Shown here in pieces: positions 38,121 to 50,652 of a stretch of DNA of 64,000 nt; the stretch's first letter is position 1, and each line of letters opens with the position of its first letter. This DNA comes from Octopus sinensis (lineage: Eukaryota). The stretch is from positions 77,122 to 141,121 of the forward strand of contig NW_021832599.1 of the NCBI RefSeq assembly GCF_006345805.1, in the 5' to 3' direction. The translations under genes and the position numbers were made by a program. The notes beneath the pieces were generated by a model that was given only the letters and a program-made list of their open reading frames with translations, did not search any database and had not been told where the DNA came from.

Positions 38121-38597
38121 AATATGAAAGCCACTGTTATTGTTTACGTGTTTATTTACTTTACATGTTACACGAACTGGCCACATTCAGCGCAGCGACA
38201 CCTATATAACTTCAGACACAGCGTAGTAATACTTATAAAATAGTGCCAAAAGCGGGGACGCATTCCACACACGCACGCCCACGCATACGCATATATATAT
38301 GAATGTGTAAAAGACTGGCTGGTGGACCAGACCCCACTCTGGTTTGAACATTTATCAGACGGGGCTGACTTGCGGGAACGGATACCCTTCTCGGTCAGTA
38401 TTCAACATATTGTTCATTTCCGGTTTGTCTTATTACTTTAATTACAATATCTATGGATTATATTCTTTTCGGTTGTTTGGAAGTTTATTCATATTTTAGC
38501 ACTCAAAATATCAAGTGTGCTATTGTGACTTAACATCCGTATCACACATTTTGTATATTGCAAGATCTGATTTAGTATAGACGCGCACACACACACA

Positions 38598-38641
<44 letters not shown>

Positions 38642-38654
38642 ACACACACACGTA

Positions 38655-38800
38655 CATAACCTACTGCATGGTCGGGTCGTCGGCAGCTAAACTGGCAAAC
38701 TCACTAAGCTTGCTTGGTGAGAAGGGTGATTGGTCACCCTGGGCGATAAGAAAAAAAAACCTGTCAAAAGACGGATGAACTAAATGAATTCAACAACCAT
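38655..38800 (+). mobile_element. 5' fragment of a probable RTE-type LINE
   Basis: ATGGTCGGGTCGTCGG..CTAAAC.GGCAA..CAC.AAGCTTGCTTGGTGAG.AGGGTG is shared with 54440-54505 (-). Confidence 0.55.
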
Positions 38801-39249
38801 CAAATACTGTGTACACAGGTCTGTTATTTCCCATGGGCAGCGGCAGTTCCAGCAGCAACCATAAAAAAAACTGGTGACTTTGGTGCAGAAAACACGGTGG
38901 CTGCGCAGAGGATTGGCACATTTAAGCACTGGAGAGGCACAACAGGTTCAGTCAGCAAAGAACCATGAGAGTGAGTGTGTAGGCATGGTGTACCACATTA
39001 CTGGGTGCACCCTTCTCATTTTATCATATGATAGCCCTTTATCGATTTTTATTGAAATCCAATTAGCCTATATCTGAACCGGATGTTAGTTTAACATGTA
39101 TGAAAAGATTCATGAAGATTGGTTCGCTGCTATAGGTATTAAAAGGGTAACAGACAGACAGAAATTGCCATTTATATATACAAACATATATACACATATA
39201 TATGTATGCATGTATGTATGATGTATGTATGTCTACGAGTGAGTGAACA

Positions 39250-40470
39250 AACGAAACAAAAGTAGACCTCAAAAGATTTGATAGAAGATTTGATATATTC
39301 CTTGACACCAGTTTGACCCAGCTCCATGCAACTTAAAGTTTCGTAGGCTCGTAGAACTAACCCTAGTCGTCAGGCATCTAGAGATAGGCAGTGAGATAGA
39401 GAGGAAGAAGGGACAGAGCTAGGGAGATCGAGAGGAAGAGGGGGGAGACAGAGAGATAATCTGGATATGAAACAAATTCAACATGGCTTTTAGATGTGGC
39501 CTTGTGTATGGTTATATCTTGATTGACGGCTACCAGTGGTTTGAAGTTCATTAAAAAGATTCCCGTTGATGGATACTGCAGGTTTGTAAAATATGCGCAG
39601 TCTTTCACAGAGATAGAGTTAGCAATTGCAATCTCCAATGGAGTACGGAGAGTTTGTTATACTCCATTTGATGTTGGAAAAGTCGCTCCGATGGTCACAG
39701 AGTCTCCAGGTAAATCAGGTAGAGTTTTCTCTATCACTGTACCAGAAGGAGTGCATATGTTGTGTACACCTTCCTTTGAAGTACTGACTGTCATTCCCGT
39801 GTAGTATTTGTAACACTATCGGCTGGTACAAGGCTCTATAGACGACAGCCCTAAAGCGGTAGGCTCCTCTCAGTGGATAGTTGGAGTATTTCGAGAGTTA
39901 CATGTTAGGATGTGTATTGGAGGCTGTATAAATATGTTTGCGTCTGTTGTTCCGTGTCCGTGTTAGAAGCAACGTTGTCTAAGCAGGAATACTGACTTTG
40001 ACGTTCTGGGGGTAGCAAAGTTTATAATACTTATGAGCAAATGAAAGATATTTCTAGGGAAATGTCTTTTACTTAGGTTCAGGAAGCTTGTAGCAATGTT
40101 GGTTGGACTACACACATTGAACTAATCACTTTTCCAAATCCTTAATAACCGATACTACAGACAAGCGATTAGAATTTTGCAGGATGAACCGAAAGACATA
40201 TCCTTCAAACTAAACCAACCGGTAGCAGACCTTGGGGGAAACCAAGATCGGCTGGATAATATCCATAGTTCTAGTTGGTCACGCTTGGGGATTCAACCGG
40301 GAAATTAAATGACGGTTGCTTCTGATGGGACCCTATGTAGGAAGTACCTGAGGACTCTGCTCTCAAGATCCTCCCAAGAATAAGGAGTAGAGATGAATGG
40401 TTGTACGGATGGATGAATACTCAAATCTACAAGCCGCTCAATTTTTTTTTGCATACCAACAGTTTCACTT
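39250..40470 (-). pseudogene. Penelope-like element relic (RT/linker end, GIY-YIG endonuclease, 3' terminal repeat)
   Basis: Minus strand: PTNIATSFLNLSKRHFPRN, NVKVS, CNSRN..PLRGAYRFRAVVYRA, FKGRCTQHMHSF..ENST..WRL..IKWSI..PYS - the linker and GIY-YIG motif order of PLEs - followed by a hammerhead. Confidence 0.8.
39322..39383 (-). ncRNA. Hammerhead ribozyme of the PLE 3' repeat (one lesion)
   Basis: ATGC-CTGACGA-CTAGG...CCTAC-GAAA-CTTTAAG-TT-GCAT; stem I ATGC/GCAT plus CTC/GAG; stem II closing pair is C/C instead of G-C. Confidence 0.75.
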
Positions 40471-40850
40471 GCAAATATACAAACCGTAAACATACAATTT
40501 AAACATTAATTACATTAAAGTGGAAAGTTTGATTAGCCTACAAAAAATGGTAGTCGCTACTCCTTCCCCTGTAATTAGATAATTATAAAATAAATGATTT
40601 ATAAGTTATTGTTGCTATTGCTGTTTAATACCAGGCCAAGTTTGACCAAGTAGACATATGATCAATGATGTTAGAGCCTCAACAATCCTGTATTTCATTC
40701 AGACACCATGTAACTAAAACTACATTATTTAATGTATCCATCCTTTTTGAAGAGAATAATGTATAATTTGGGTGATATTCAACTGATCTTTCTTGCATGT
40801 TCAGCAACTACGAAGAGGTTTCTTTGTAGACTAAGAAGGAAAATAAAATA

Positions 40851-40962
40851 CAGTTGTACCTCGGTTTTCGAACAACTCTGATCATGAATACAGATAGATA
40901 TATACGTATATAAAGCACGATTTATTCGAGATCAGAGTTGGTCGAAAACCGAGGTACTACCG
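40851..40962. mobile_element. Tc1/mariner (Tigger-type) MITE
   Basis: TA-CAGTTGTACCTCGGTTTTCGAACAACTCTGATC ... GATCAGAGTTGGTCGAAAACCGAGGTACTACCG-TA. Confidence 0.85.
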
Positions 40963-41065
40963 TAATAATAAAAGTATCTAACTTTAAAAAATGCATGGAG
41001 TACGTCGCCCATTGTTCCAATTCGTAAACCACCACCGCCACAAAATAGTAAGCAATAATCCTTTC

Positions 41066-41458
41066 TGCTATAGGCACAGGGCTTGAAATTTGGGTGGAGA
41101 GGGGTCAGTTGATTGCATCGACCCCAGAACGCAACTGGTACTTAATTTATCGACCCCGAAAGGATGAAAGGCAAAGTCGACCTCGGTGGAATTTGAACTC
41201 AGAATGTAGCAACGGGCGAAATACCTATTTCATTACTACCCACAAGGGGCTAAACACAGAGGGGACAAACAAGGACAGACAAACGGTTAAGTCGATTATA
41301 TCGACTCCAGTGCGTAACTGGTACTTATTTAATCAACTCCGAAAGGATGAAAGGCAAAGTCGACCTCGGCGGAATTCGAACTCAAAACCTAACGGCAGAC
41401 GAAATACCGCTGAGTATTTCGTCCGGCGTGCAAACGATTCTGTCAGCTCATCGCCGCC
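41066..41458 (-). mobile_element. SINE family A dimer
   Basis: Head at 41458, two cores, type 2 tail. Confidence 0.9.
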
Positions 41459-41944
41459 TTAAATAGTAATGATGAGAAGCAAATATGATAAATTCATTCG
41501 AAGCAGAGTTCATGAACTATTTTGGAATCCCTGTGGGAAATACATCACTTCGTTTGCATCATAAAGAATCCGCCATTGTCGTCTGTTTTAATGAATACAC
41601 ACACGCACGTACATGTCTCCATACATACATACATACATACATACATACATACATACATACATACATAAGTTATGTATGTATTTTATTTAAAATTTGACCC
41701 AATATCTGTACTAGCATTTCACGTTTATCTGTAACTGTTCTCAGCAGACGTTTATGGCTGAAAACATTTGCACTGGTCTATGGCGCATGCGTAGGTGTGT
41801 GTGCATGTGTGCGCACACGCACGCACACAGAGACATACACACACATGTATAGGGGGAGAGTTCACGAAAAAAAAACAAAAGACGAAGACAGGTGGTGTAC
41901 AAAACAAACAGATGTATTAGTATAACATGTATATGTCTGTCTGT

Positions 41945-42130
<186 letters not shown>

Positions 42131-42972
42131 GTGCCCAACCACTGCACACCAAGAGCAACAACAACAACCACTACCACAACCAAGCACTCACTCCGGAAAA
42201 AAAGCTCTACTACCCACACCACCATCAACACAGAAGACGACAAGAGAAGCACACCAAGCTAATCCGTCATCAACCAAAAACCACTCGACACCCTGAAAAA
42301 TACCAACACTACCATCAACAGCAAAACCCAAAGAACAGAAAAACAAAGAAAACACACACAAACTGATCCCCCATCCCTTATACCGCACTCACACACACAA
42401 ACACTCAACAACCAACAACAACGAAAACAACAACACAACCACTTACACAGACATACATAGAAGCCCACAACATACCCCTACCCCCTTCTGATTCCTCAGA
42501 AATTTCGTCGGAAGACGAAACCAGTGAGGAATGGCAAATAGCTACAAAAAGAAGGAAAATAAAGAGCAGAAACACAACCACAAATGCAAACACGAACAAA
42601 GCAGGGGGAAATACATCTCCCGAAGACATTTCAAAACCCAACGCAAACAACAGCCACACCCAACCACAAAACAGATACACAGCAAACATGCTCACACCAG
42701 CCATAGACACACCAAAAACACAAATTTGATGGAATACATCCAATCAAAAACAAACATAACAGAAGATGACATAAAAACAAACAACCACCCATAACACAAC
42801 ACCACCAGACCACATCAAAATAATACACATCTCCAAAAGTCTGCACCACACACTCAAAGGCATTTTCCCCAGTGCGGTTGGTAAATGCCAAAAATATCTC
42901 ACAAAGAAACTGTACTGGGATCTTCTCGAGGACAAACCAACGGAGGAGAAAGCAAAAACTTTCGAGCAGTAA
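42131..42972 (+). pseudogene. Tx1 ORF1 C-terminal part (frameshifted)
   Basis: T/Q-rich linker, SSEDETSEEWQIATKRRK, ending ...LYWDLLEDKPTEEKAKTFEQ-stop 31 nt before the ORF2 ATG. Confidence 0.65.
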
Positions 42973-43003
42973 GTAACCCTCTGTATTCTAATTCATTAGA
43001 ACT

Positions 43004-46000
43004 ATGATCAAGATTGGTTTTGTGTAAATGCGCGTGGCTTGGGGTCCCCTTGGAAACAAGGGTACCTCTTAAATGACATAAAGTCACATAAGTTAGAAAT
43101 CATAGCCATAAGCGAGACCAGACTCCACAATCCGCGGGCCCTAAAGACCATGTTTGGCGGACAGTTCAACATTTATTTTTCCCCCTGTCTGCCGAGAATG
43201 GGCGGTAGTGGCACCGCGGTACTTTTTCACAAGAGTCTGGATCTCAATGTAAGGACAATATTCGTAGACCCGGAGGGTAGACTGGTCGTCCTGGATGTCG
43301 ACGGCAGCAATGGGTGCGCTTTTCGGCTCGTATCAGTTTACGCACCGCCCTTAACAGGTCGGGCGGATTTCTTTCAACGTCTAGAAGTTTTCTTGGGAAC
43401 GTCTCGTCCTTTACTCTTAGTGGGGGATTGGAATGCTACCTTGGACACGCATGTAGACTACGTGGGTAGAGATAGGAATAGACGGGGATGCAAATGCCTC
43501 AGAGACCTGCTCAGACGCTTTCAACTGTCTGACAGGTTTCGACTAGACCACCCGAATGCGCCAACGTGGACATGGAGCAACCGCATCGGGTCGTCGAGAT
43601 CGTATCTAGATAGGATACTGTGTAGGACAGTAGATAGAGATAGCATAGGATGTCCACAATTCCACATAGTCAGCTACACGGATCACAAACTTGTGACATG
43701 TACGCTAGACTTAGGTAAGACACTTAGGCAGGGTCCCGGATACTGGAAACTAAACGCGTCTTTCCCATCGAGACAAGTTTTCAGAGACCGGATTAGCACA
43801 CTAGTAAAGAGGGCTTTGACGGGAGCCATCATCAACAACAAATGGTGGTTTGCCCTCAGAGAGCAGTAAAAGCAGAAGCGATTAGGTACAGCAAAGCACT
43901 AGCCATAGATAGAAATAGAGTAGAGGGTGAGCTAGTTAAGAAGCTAGAAGAGGCAATTAGAAGCGGCATCGCATCCGACGTTTTGGCGGCGAGGTTGGCC
44001 CTCGACCAACACTTCAACGCCAAACACGAAGGATGTGCTGTCAGAGCTAGGATGCGTGCTCTAAGGAACGAAGGTGTTGGAGCCGCGAGAGAGGCCCGGG
44101 TGGCAGAGGCGCAACAGGGCAACAAAGCCACCATTCGGTCACTGGTAGATGAACAGGGCGCGAATTGCTCGAGCCAAGTAAAATGTGTGAGGCCTTTCAG
44201 CAGCATTTTGCCCGACTGTTCGGAACGAGTGGAGGGCAAGAACGTAGGGTGGACTTCAGTGCCTACCTACATAGCCTACCACGACTCTCGACAAGAAAGG
44301 CAGGGTGCTGCGAAGGTGCCATCACGGCGGCGGAAGTGCGGGAAGCGATGGCAGAATGCTCGAGGGACAAATCACCGGGTTTGGATGGTCTACCCTACGA
44401 GCTTTACAATTGTATGCCAGACTTGTTTGGAGATCTCTTGGCGGCGGTGTACTGCAACTGGCAGCAAAACGGGAGCATTCCTGGTTTTGTGAGCCGAGGA
44501 GCCGTAACACTGCTGAAGAAAGATCTAAACAAGGGAAATGTAATAGATAACTTTAGGCCCATCACTCTGCTTAATGCAGACTTGAAAATTTTGGCCAAGG
44601 TGCTAGCCAAGAGGTTGGCGCTTGTCATCGAGAAACTGGTCGACAAGGCGCAAACATGCGCCGTGCCAGGCCGGACCATCCATGACAACCTCCATCTGAT
44701 GCGCTACATCATAGACAGGGTAGTTAACGAACCTGGCATGGGTGGGGCCCTGATCAACTTGGATCAATCAAAAGCCTTTGATAGGTAGACCATCGATACT
44801 TGGAGGCAGTCCTGAGAGCGGCTGGTTTCGGTCCCGTCTTCCGCGGCTGGATAGCTGCCTTGTACAGAGGCATCCGTTCGGTAATTCGCGTAAATGGACA
44901 TCTATCGAGACCTTTCGACATTGCACGTTCGGTCCGTCAGGGATGCCCCCTCTCGGCGCTTCTATACGTATTGACTCTTGAGCCACTACTGCGGAAGCTG
45001 GCGACTCTAAGGGGCATCCCGCGAGAATTGGGATGCGGGACGAGCGTGTCTGCATACGCGGACGACGTCACCGTCATAGTGTCTAGCCACGAGCACATCG
45101 AGCTGGTCGGCGAGACACTGAAAAACTACGAAGCGGTGACAGGAGCGAAAATCAACCGGGAAAAGTCAGTGGGCTTGCGACTAGGCACCTGGAGAAGCAA
45201 GCCCATGCCGTCCACCAGCGCCTCCGTCGTGGGACGCTGGACCGACGGCCCGGTTGAGTTGCTCGGGGTCTGGTTTGGTCCGGACCTCCAAGTGGAGAAG
45301 AACTGGAACGAGATAACGAGTAGGGTGGTCACTCTCGCCCGGCAATGGGCCGAGAGGAAACTGTCCCTAAAGGGTCGAGCGGAGGTGGCGAACACGTACA
45401 TCGCGTCCGTCATCTACTACCGCCTGACCGTCGTACCTTGTCCCGACCCTACCATCACCAAACTACAACGCATCCTCTTTCGCTTCTTGTGGAAAGGATG
45501 CGTCCCGATGGTCAGGCGATCCATTTGCTGTCAACACCGTTAAAAGGAGGGCTGGGCATGCCGTGGTTGATGATGCGCAGACACGCGCTGAGACTGCGAC
45601 ATCTCTGGCTCTATGTAGACGACGGTGAACAGGTGTGGTCGCCGTTTGTGAGGCACGCTTTCCCGCAGCTCGTCTCCATGACCGAACTGCAGTCGTGGAT
45701 CAAAAAGAGGCCGAGGAAGGGCGAATGGCACCGCGAGTGTCGCGTTGCTCTCAAGCAACTCTGCCGTACTGGGTCGACCTTAAGTGACTTCAACACAACC
45801 AAAGCATTCTATAGGGGTTTAGTGGAGGGGAGGTACGACGACGAGCTCGGGGCGAACCTGGACGTCGACGAGGAGTACCTGACCCGCCTGTTCGGGACGA
45901 CTTTCGGGCCAGGGCCCATGGACAACTTCCAGAGATCCCTGGCCTGGCAGTGCTACCGAGAAGCGCTACCCGTTCGGGATAAGCTCTACAGACACGGCTC

Positions 46001-46436
46001 GAGAAACACGGGGCCGACCTGCCCGAGATGCGGTCAGAACGACGAAACCGTTCTGCACGCACTCGTTCAGTGTCCAACAATTTCCGACCTGTGGGCTTAT
46101 GTCGAACAACTGCTGTCACGTGTGGGACGAGTCGGTTTATCAGCTGAGTCTATCGTCAATATTGTCACGCCTCCTTCCTTCAAACGGGAAGGAAGAGCTA
46201 TTTTCATCATCCTTGTGGCTATGGCGAAGGAATGTATCTGGTGGACGCGTCTGAAAGGATTGGAGACAAACACTTCCTCTCTGGTCAATCTCTCATCAAC
46301 TTCTTCAGTACCACTTGAAAAGGAAAGTGAGAGTAGAGAGGCAAGTTTTGTCTAGCGAATTTTTTAAAAAAGATGGGTGAATGTAGCAAGAATGGCACGT
46401 ATGAATGACGAAGCCACCTTGAGCATAGTCCTATGA
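43004..46436 (+). CDS. Tx1 ORF2 polyprotein (AP endonuclease, reverse transcriptase, CCHC finger), about 1,145 aa if single-base indels are corrected
   Basis: NARGL, SETR, GDWN, SYLDR, TDHK, GYWKLN, KSPGLDGLP, NFRPITLLNADLKILAK, LDQSKAFDR, RQGCPLS, AYADD, CPRC..ETVLHALVQC tile across ORFs 43039, 43842, 44165, 44800 and 45345. Confidence 0.9.
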
Positions 46437-46469
46437 ACCCAGAAATCGAAAACAGAGAGTTGCTTATTT

Positions 46470-46502
<33 letters not shown>

Positions 46503-46785
46503 AATATAAAATGTGACTTCATTGACCGAGGTTACCGTGGTCTTTTCCGCAGGCTTTTCTTTCCACGGGTAACTCACCTGTCTCCCCTTTACACTTCATA
46601 TTGACATTCTGTGATAACGATCCCTATTGATCATTTTTTTTCCTCTCCCCCCCTTTTTTTTTTTTTTTTGTCCTCTTTCTCTCCTTTTACGATCCCTTTT
46701 GATCGAACTCCCCCTTCCTTTTTTTTTTTTTTTACCTTGTAATTTGTTCTATCTGTGTGCAGCCCTGTGGGCTAATAAAGAAACA

Positions 46786-46927
<142 letters not shown>

Positions 46928-47035
46928 GGATACAGCTCTGCATCGTTAACACTAGAAAAGATGTCTTCTTTGAGTTAAAAAATCGCAGTAGAGTCCGTTC
47001 GAACGGACAGCCATGTGAAGGGGATATATATATAT

Positions 47036-47087
<52 letters not shown>

Positions 47088-47088
47088 T

Positions 47089-47224
47089 ATCAACAATCAA
47101 GGAACGGCCATAATAGGCCATTCACCCACTAGAAATAACAGCCAAAGCTTCAACTGCGGTTGAAGCTTTGGCTGTTATTTCTAGTGGGTGAATGGCCTAT
47201 TATGGCCGTTCCTTGATTGTTGAT
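47089..47224. repeat. Perfect palindrome, 66-bp arms, 4-nt loop (TGCG)
   Basis: ATCAACAATC...GCTTCAAC / GTTGAAGC...GATTGTTGAT with no mismatch seen; abuts (TA)n. Confidence 0.95.
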
Positions 47225-47326
47225 GTTGAACTTAAAAATGGTCTATGACTATTTAATTTTTTCCCACTAGGGCCGCTGGTGGCAAAAAAATTCTACAAAA
47301 TTTTTTTTTTTGCCACCCTATATTGA

Positions 47327-47362
<36 letters not shown>

Positions 47363-47368
<6 letters not shown>

Positions 47369-47760
47369 TTTAGCAATAAGTATCCGGATTGTTGCCTTAG
47401 TAACGAAGCTAAAGCACGAAGAGTAAAGCCGCTTTTCAAAAATTGACCTTTGAAAATTGAATTCTGCTGTGCATGCGCACTAAGATTTAACGTTCTAGCT
47501 TACTTCCGCTGTTTACAGCAGTGCTTCGAAGGAACGTGTGGAGTGTGTGATCATCGCATTGAGACCATCACAGAGTAAGTTGAGCAGAGAATCTACATCA
47601 AATTTTGCCAAAACCTTGGTGATACCTGCTCAGAGACCTACGCAAAGTTTTCAAAAAAGATTTCATTGTTCTCGATACAATCAAGGAGTTCTTGTGCAAC
47701 TGAAACGCGTCTTTTAGGTTAGCTGAAAGCAGTTTGGCACAAACTTGGTAGACATACGTC
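47363..47760 (+). mobile_element. Internally deleted mariner relic
   Basis: TA + TGAGAGTTTAGCAATAAGTATCCGG start; VEQRIYIKFCQNLGDTCSETYAKF resembles a mariner transposase N-terminus. Confidence 0.6.
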
Positions 47761-47874
47761 TCATACACAATCTCTAGTGGGGGTTGTATATAGATGTACA
47801 TAGATAGACAAAAAGATAGATAGAGACACGCCCCCCACACACGCAGATCTCCGCACGCTTAGTATTACAGTATA

Positions 47875-48270
47875 TCTTTATATATAAAAGTGAGGTTGTG
47901 TGCTATCTGTCTCCTACGATTTAGATTCCTAACTACTCCCATATTTTGCGGTGCAGTTTAACCAAAACCGGGTATCTTATAGTCGTGATTCATATCGAGC
48001 CCTTCTGGGTATTAGCGCGCGTCTACGATGAGTCTACGATTTAAAAAAAAAATACCATCATTTTTTTCCATTTTAATGCATTTTTCGCTATTATATAAGG
48101 GAAGTAACTCTCTAAAAATGTCTACGATGAGTCAACGATTAAAAAAAATTTACCATAATTTTTTTTCCATTTTTAATGCATTTTTTGCTATTTTTTGGCT
48201 ATAACTCTCTAAAAATGCTTATATAGTTATTTCCCTTACAAACCCGAGCAACGCCGGGCGATACTGCTAG
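47875..48270 (+). mobile_element. Non-autonomous Helitron (~396 bp)
   Basis: TC...hairpin-CTAG; near-identical to 16880-17276. Confidence 0.9.
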
Positions 48271-48797
48271 TTTATAATGAAGTATTTGTTAGAGTGTGTT
48301 TTTGTCCCAAATTGCTCAACGCGCACCTGTATTAAAGTGTGTAAATTCAACGATGTGTACAGTTAACTAATATAAACCGCATGAACCCTTCAGGTAAAGG
48401 AATACTGTCCGGTTTACAAACACATGACTCTGTGTGTGTGTGTGAGTGCGTGCGCGTGTGTGTGTGTGGTCGCGCGCGTGCAATTCTTCGTTCCATTCGT
48501 TTGCAACGGCCCCCAATTAAAAGCCCCTTTGTTCTTTCGAGGATGTTGTCGAGTTATAATTGTGACAAGATGAAGGTCTCAGGAACAGTTGAGGGGTGTC
48601 TGTCTTATCTTGTCACATACAATTGTCGAAGGGAGAACCAAAATCCGACTGTCTTCAATAACGATAAATAATACTTTATTTTTTCCGGGTTTCGCAAATA
48701 AAAAATATATACACATATTTTCCTTAAGGGCGAACCGGTAGCCAAGTCCACAAGACTGTTCACAAATGTTCACTTGTGTGAGCCAAAATTACCTATT

Positions 48798-49023
48798 CCT
48801 TTATTACCCACAAGGGGCTAAACACAGAGGGAACAAACAAGGACAGACATAGGTATTAAGTTTATTACATCGACCCCAGTGTGTAACTGGTACTTAATTT
48901 ATCGACCCCGAAAGGATGAAAGGCAAAGTCGACCTCGGCAGAATTTGAACTCACAACGTAACGCAGACGAAATACCGCTAAGCATTTCGCCCGGCGTGCT
49001 AACGTTTCTGCCAGCTCGCCGCC
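48798..49023 (-). mobile_element. SINE family A monomer, tail type 1
   Basis: Complete head, core and tail. Confidence 0.9.
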
Positions 49024-49129
49024 TTACCGTCTCCGATCCCGCTTAGAAGAGAGCTTCTCTATATGTAGGGTTTTCCCTGAGAGAAGGTTGGTCACGTCCA
49101 CTCGGTAGGGCTGCTGATTAAAAAAAAGG

Positions 49130-49260
49130 ACAGATTTAGCGGGAACGCTTTCAGTTTGCAGTTCTCTGCGCATGCACGTGAAGGAACTTCCGGCGGCCTA
49201 CCGGAAGTAATCCAACTCTGCGCATGCGCGCTGAAAACTACCAAAAATAGCGTCACTACA
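49130..49260. promoter_or_regulatory. CpG-retaining island with NRF1- and ETS-like sites (repeat-derived)
   Basis: TGCGCATGCAC, CACGTG, ACTTCCGG, CCGGAAGT and TGCGCATGCGC within 65 bp; homologous inverted copy at 53112-53270. Confidence 0.4.
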
Positions 49261-49501
49261 TGATTATCGTACATTTGCTGAGCAAAGCTGTCAAGGCAAG
49301 TCACAAATTTGATTTGGAGAACTAGAACCGGACCTAGTATTTTTTTAAAATAGGTAATTTCACATGAGCTTGTTTCATATGTTTTCTTTTTATTCTTTTC
49401 CTTTCTTTTTCTTTTGAGTCGGCAAAGTTTGTCCCATATTTGTCAGGTAGAATAATGTCCGAGCTCAAAATAGTCTGTTAACTATTCATCGAACGCTTTA
49501 A

Positions 49502-49915
49502 GGCGGCGAGCTGGCAGAACCGTTAGCACGCCGGGCGAAATATTTAGCGGTATTTCGTCTGCCGTTACGTTCTGAGTTCAAATTCCGCCGAGGTCGACTT
49601 TGCCTTTCATCCTTTCGGGGTCGATAAATTAAGAACCAGTTACGCTCTGGGGTCGATATAATCGACTTAGTCCGTTTCTCTGTCCGTGTTTGCTCCTTCT
49701 GTGTTTAGACCCATGTGGGTAGTAAAGAAATAGGTAGTTCGTCTGCCGTTACGTTCTGAGTTGGATTCTGCCGAGGTCGACTTTGCCTTTCATCCTTTCA
49801 GGGTCGATAAATTAAGAACCAGTTACGCTCTGGGATCGATGTAATCGACTTAATCCCTTTGTCTGTCCTTGTTTGTCCCCTCTATGTTTAGCCCCTTGTG
49901 GGCAATAAAGAAATA
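49502..49915 (+). mobile_element. SINE family A dimer
   Basis: Two units; diverged ~17-bp TSD TATTCATCGA..GCTTT. Confidence 0.9.
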
Positions 49916-50262
49916 ATATTCATCGAGTGCTTTGTGACATTACACTTCAGATAACATAACGTTCGACACGACGTTCTGCGTTCAATACATATACGCTCGA
50001 TCGCTATATAAGCTATTTCTGGATCGATTACTTTACGACTCAATTGATTTAATTCCAGGTACTTTTATTTTAACAAAAAGGCTTTTGGGAAGAACACAGT
50101 GACCTCTCTCAGTATGCAAAATAGGTTTTTTGATATATCAAACAAAAAGGATCTTAGAGAACTAACTCAGATTGACCACTGGTATGTATTGGCAAATACT
50201 AGGATATGGAATACCGATATTTACCTAATGGCAAATTATGACACAGTCTCGAGGCGCGAAAA

Positions 50263-50652
50263 TCTCTCTATATAAAGCTGAAGTTGTCTATGTATGGCAT
50301 GTTTGGTAGCCTTCAACTAACACTATCTCCTCCGAGACCCTGCGGCGCAAGTTGACCAAAATTGAGACTATGATAGAAGAAGGCTTGCTCTTCATTTCGT
50401 AGAAGATAAAATTCAAATCGGACCATGTTAACACCAAAAATTATTTACATCAGAAAGGTGCTTTTTTTTCTATGAAAATCCCTATTTTTTACGATTTTTT
50501 GACTGCTGTGTCGCCATTTTTCGGTGTATTTCAACCAGAAAAATGTTCACTTAACGAGAATAACAAGCTACATAATGCAAAATTTTTACTTTTGAAAAAT
50601 TCTAATTCCAAGGGTCGAAAAAAACCCGAGCAACGCCGGGCGATACTGCTAG
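50263..50652 (+). mobile_element. Non-autonomous Helitron, different internal sequence
   Basis: Similar 5' end and identical 3' CCCGAGCAACGCCGGGCGATACTGCTAG end to 47875-48270, but an unrelated interior. Confidence 0.85.

Noticed and set aside
39700-39725. In-frame TGA in the GIY-YIG relic as selenocysteine (as reported for some Naiad PLEs)
   Set aside because: It is not at a Cys position, the copy has other stops and frameshifts, and I saw no SECIS.
46472-46500. Poly(A) run as the 3' end of the Tx1 LINE
   Set aside because: It is followed by about 285 bp of pyrimidine-rich UTR-like sequence ending in hairpin + AATAAA, and the matching (ATCT)n flank starts only at 46787.
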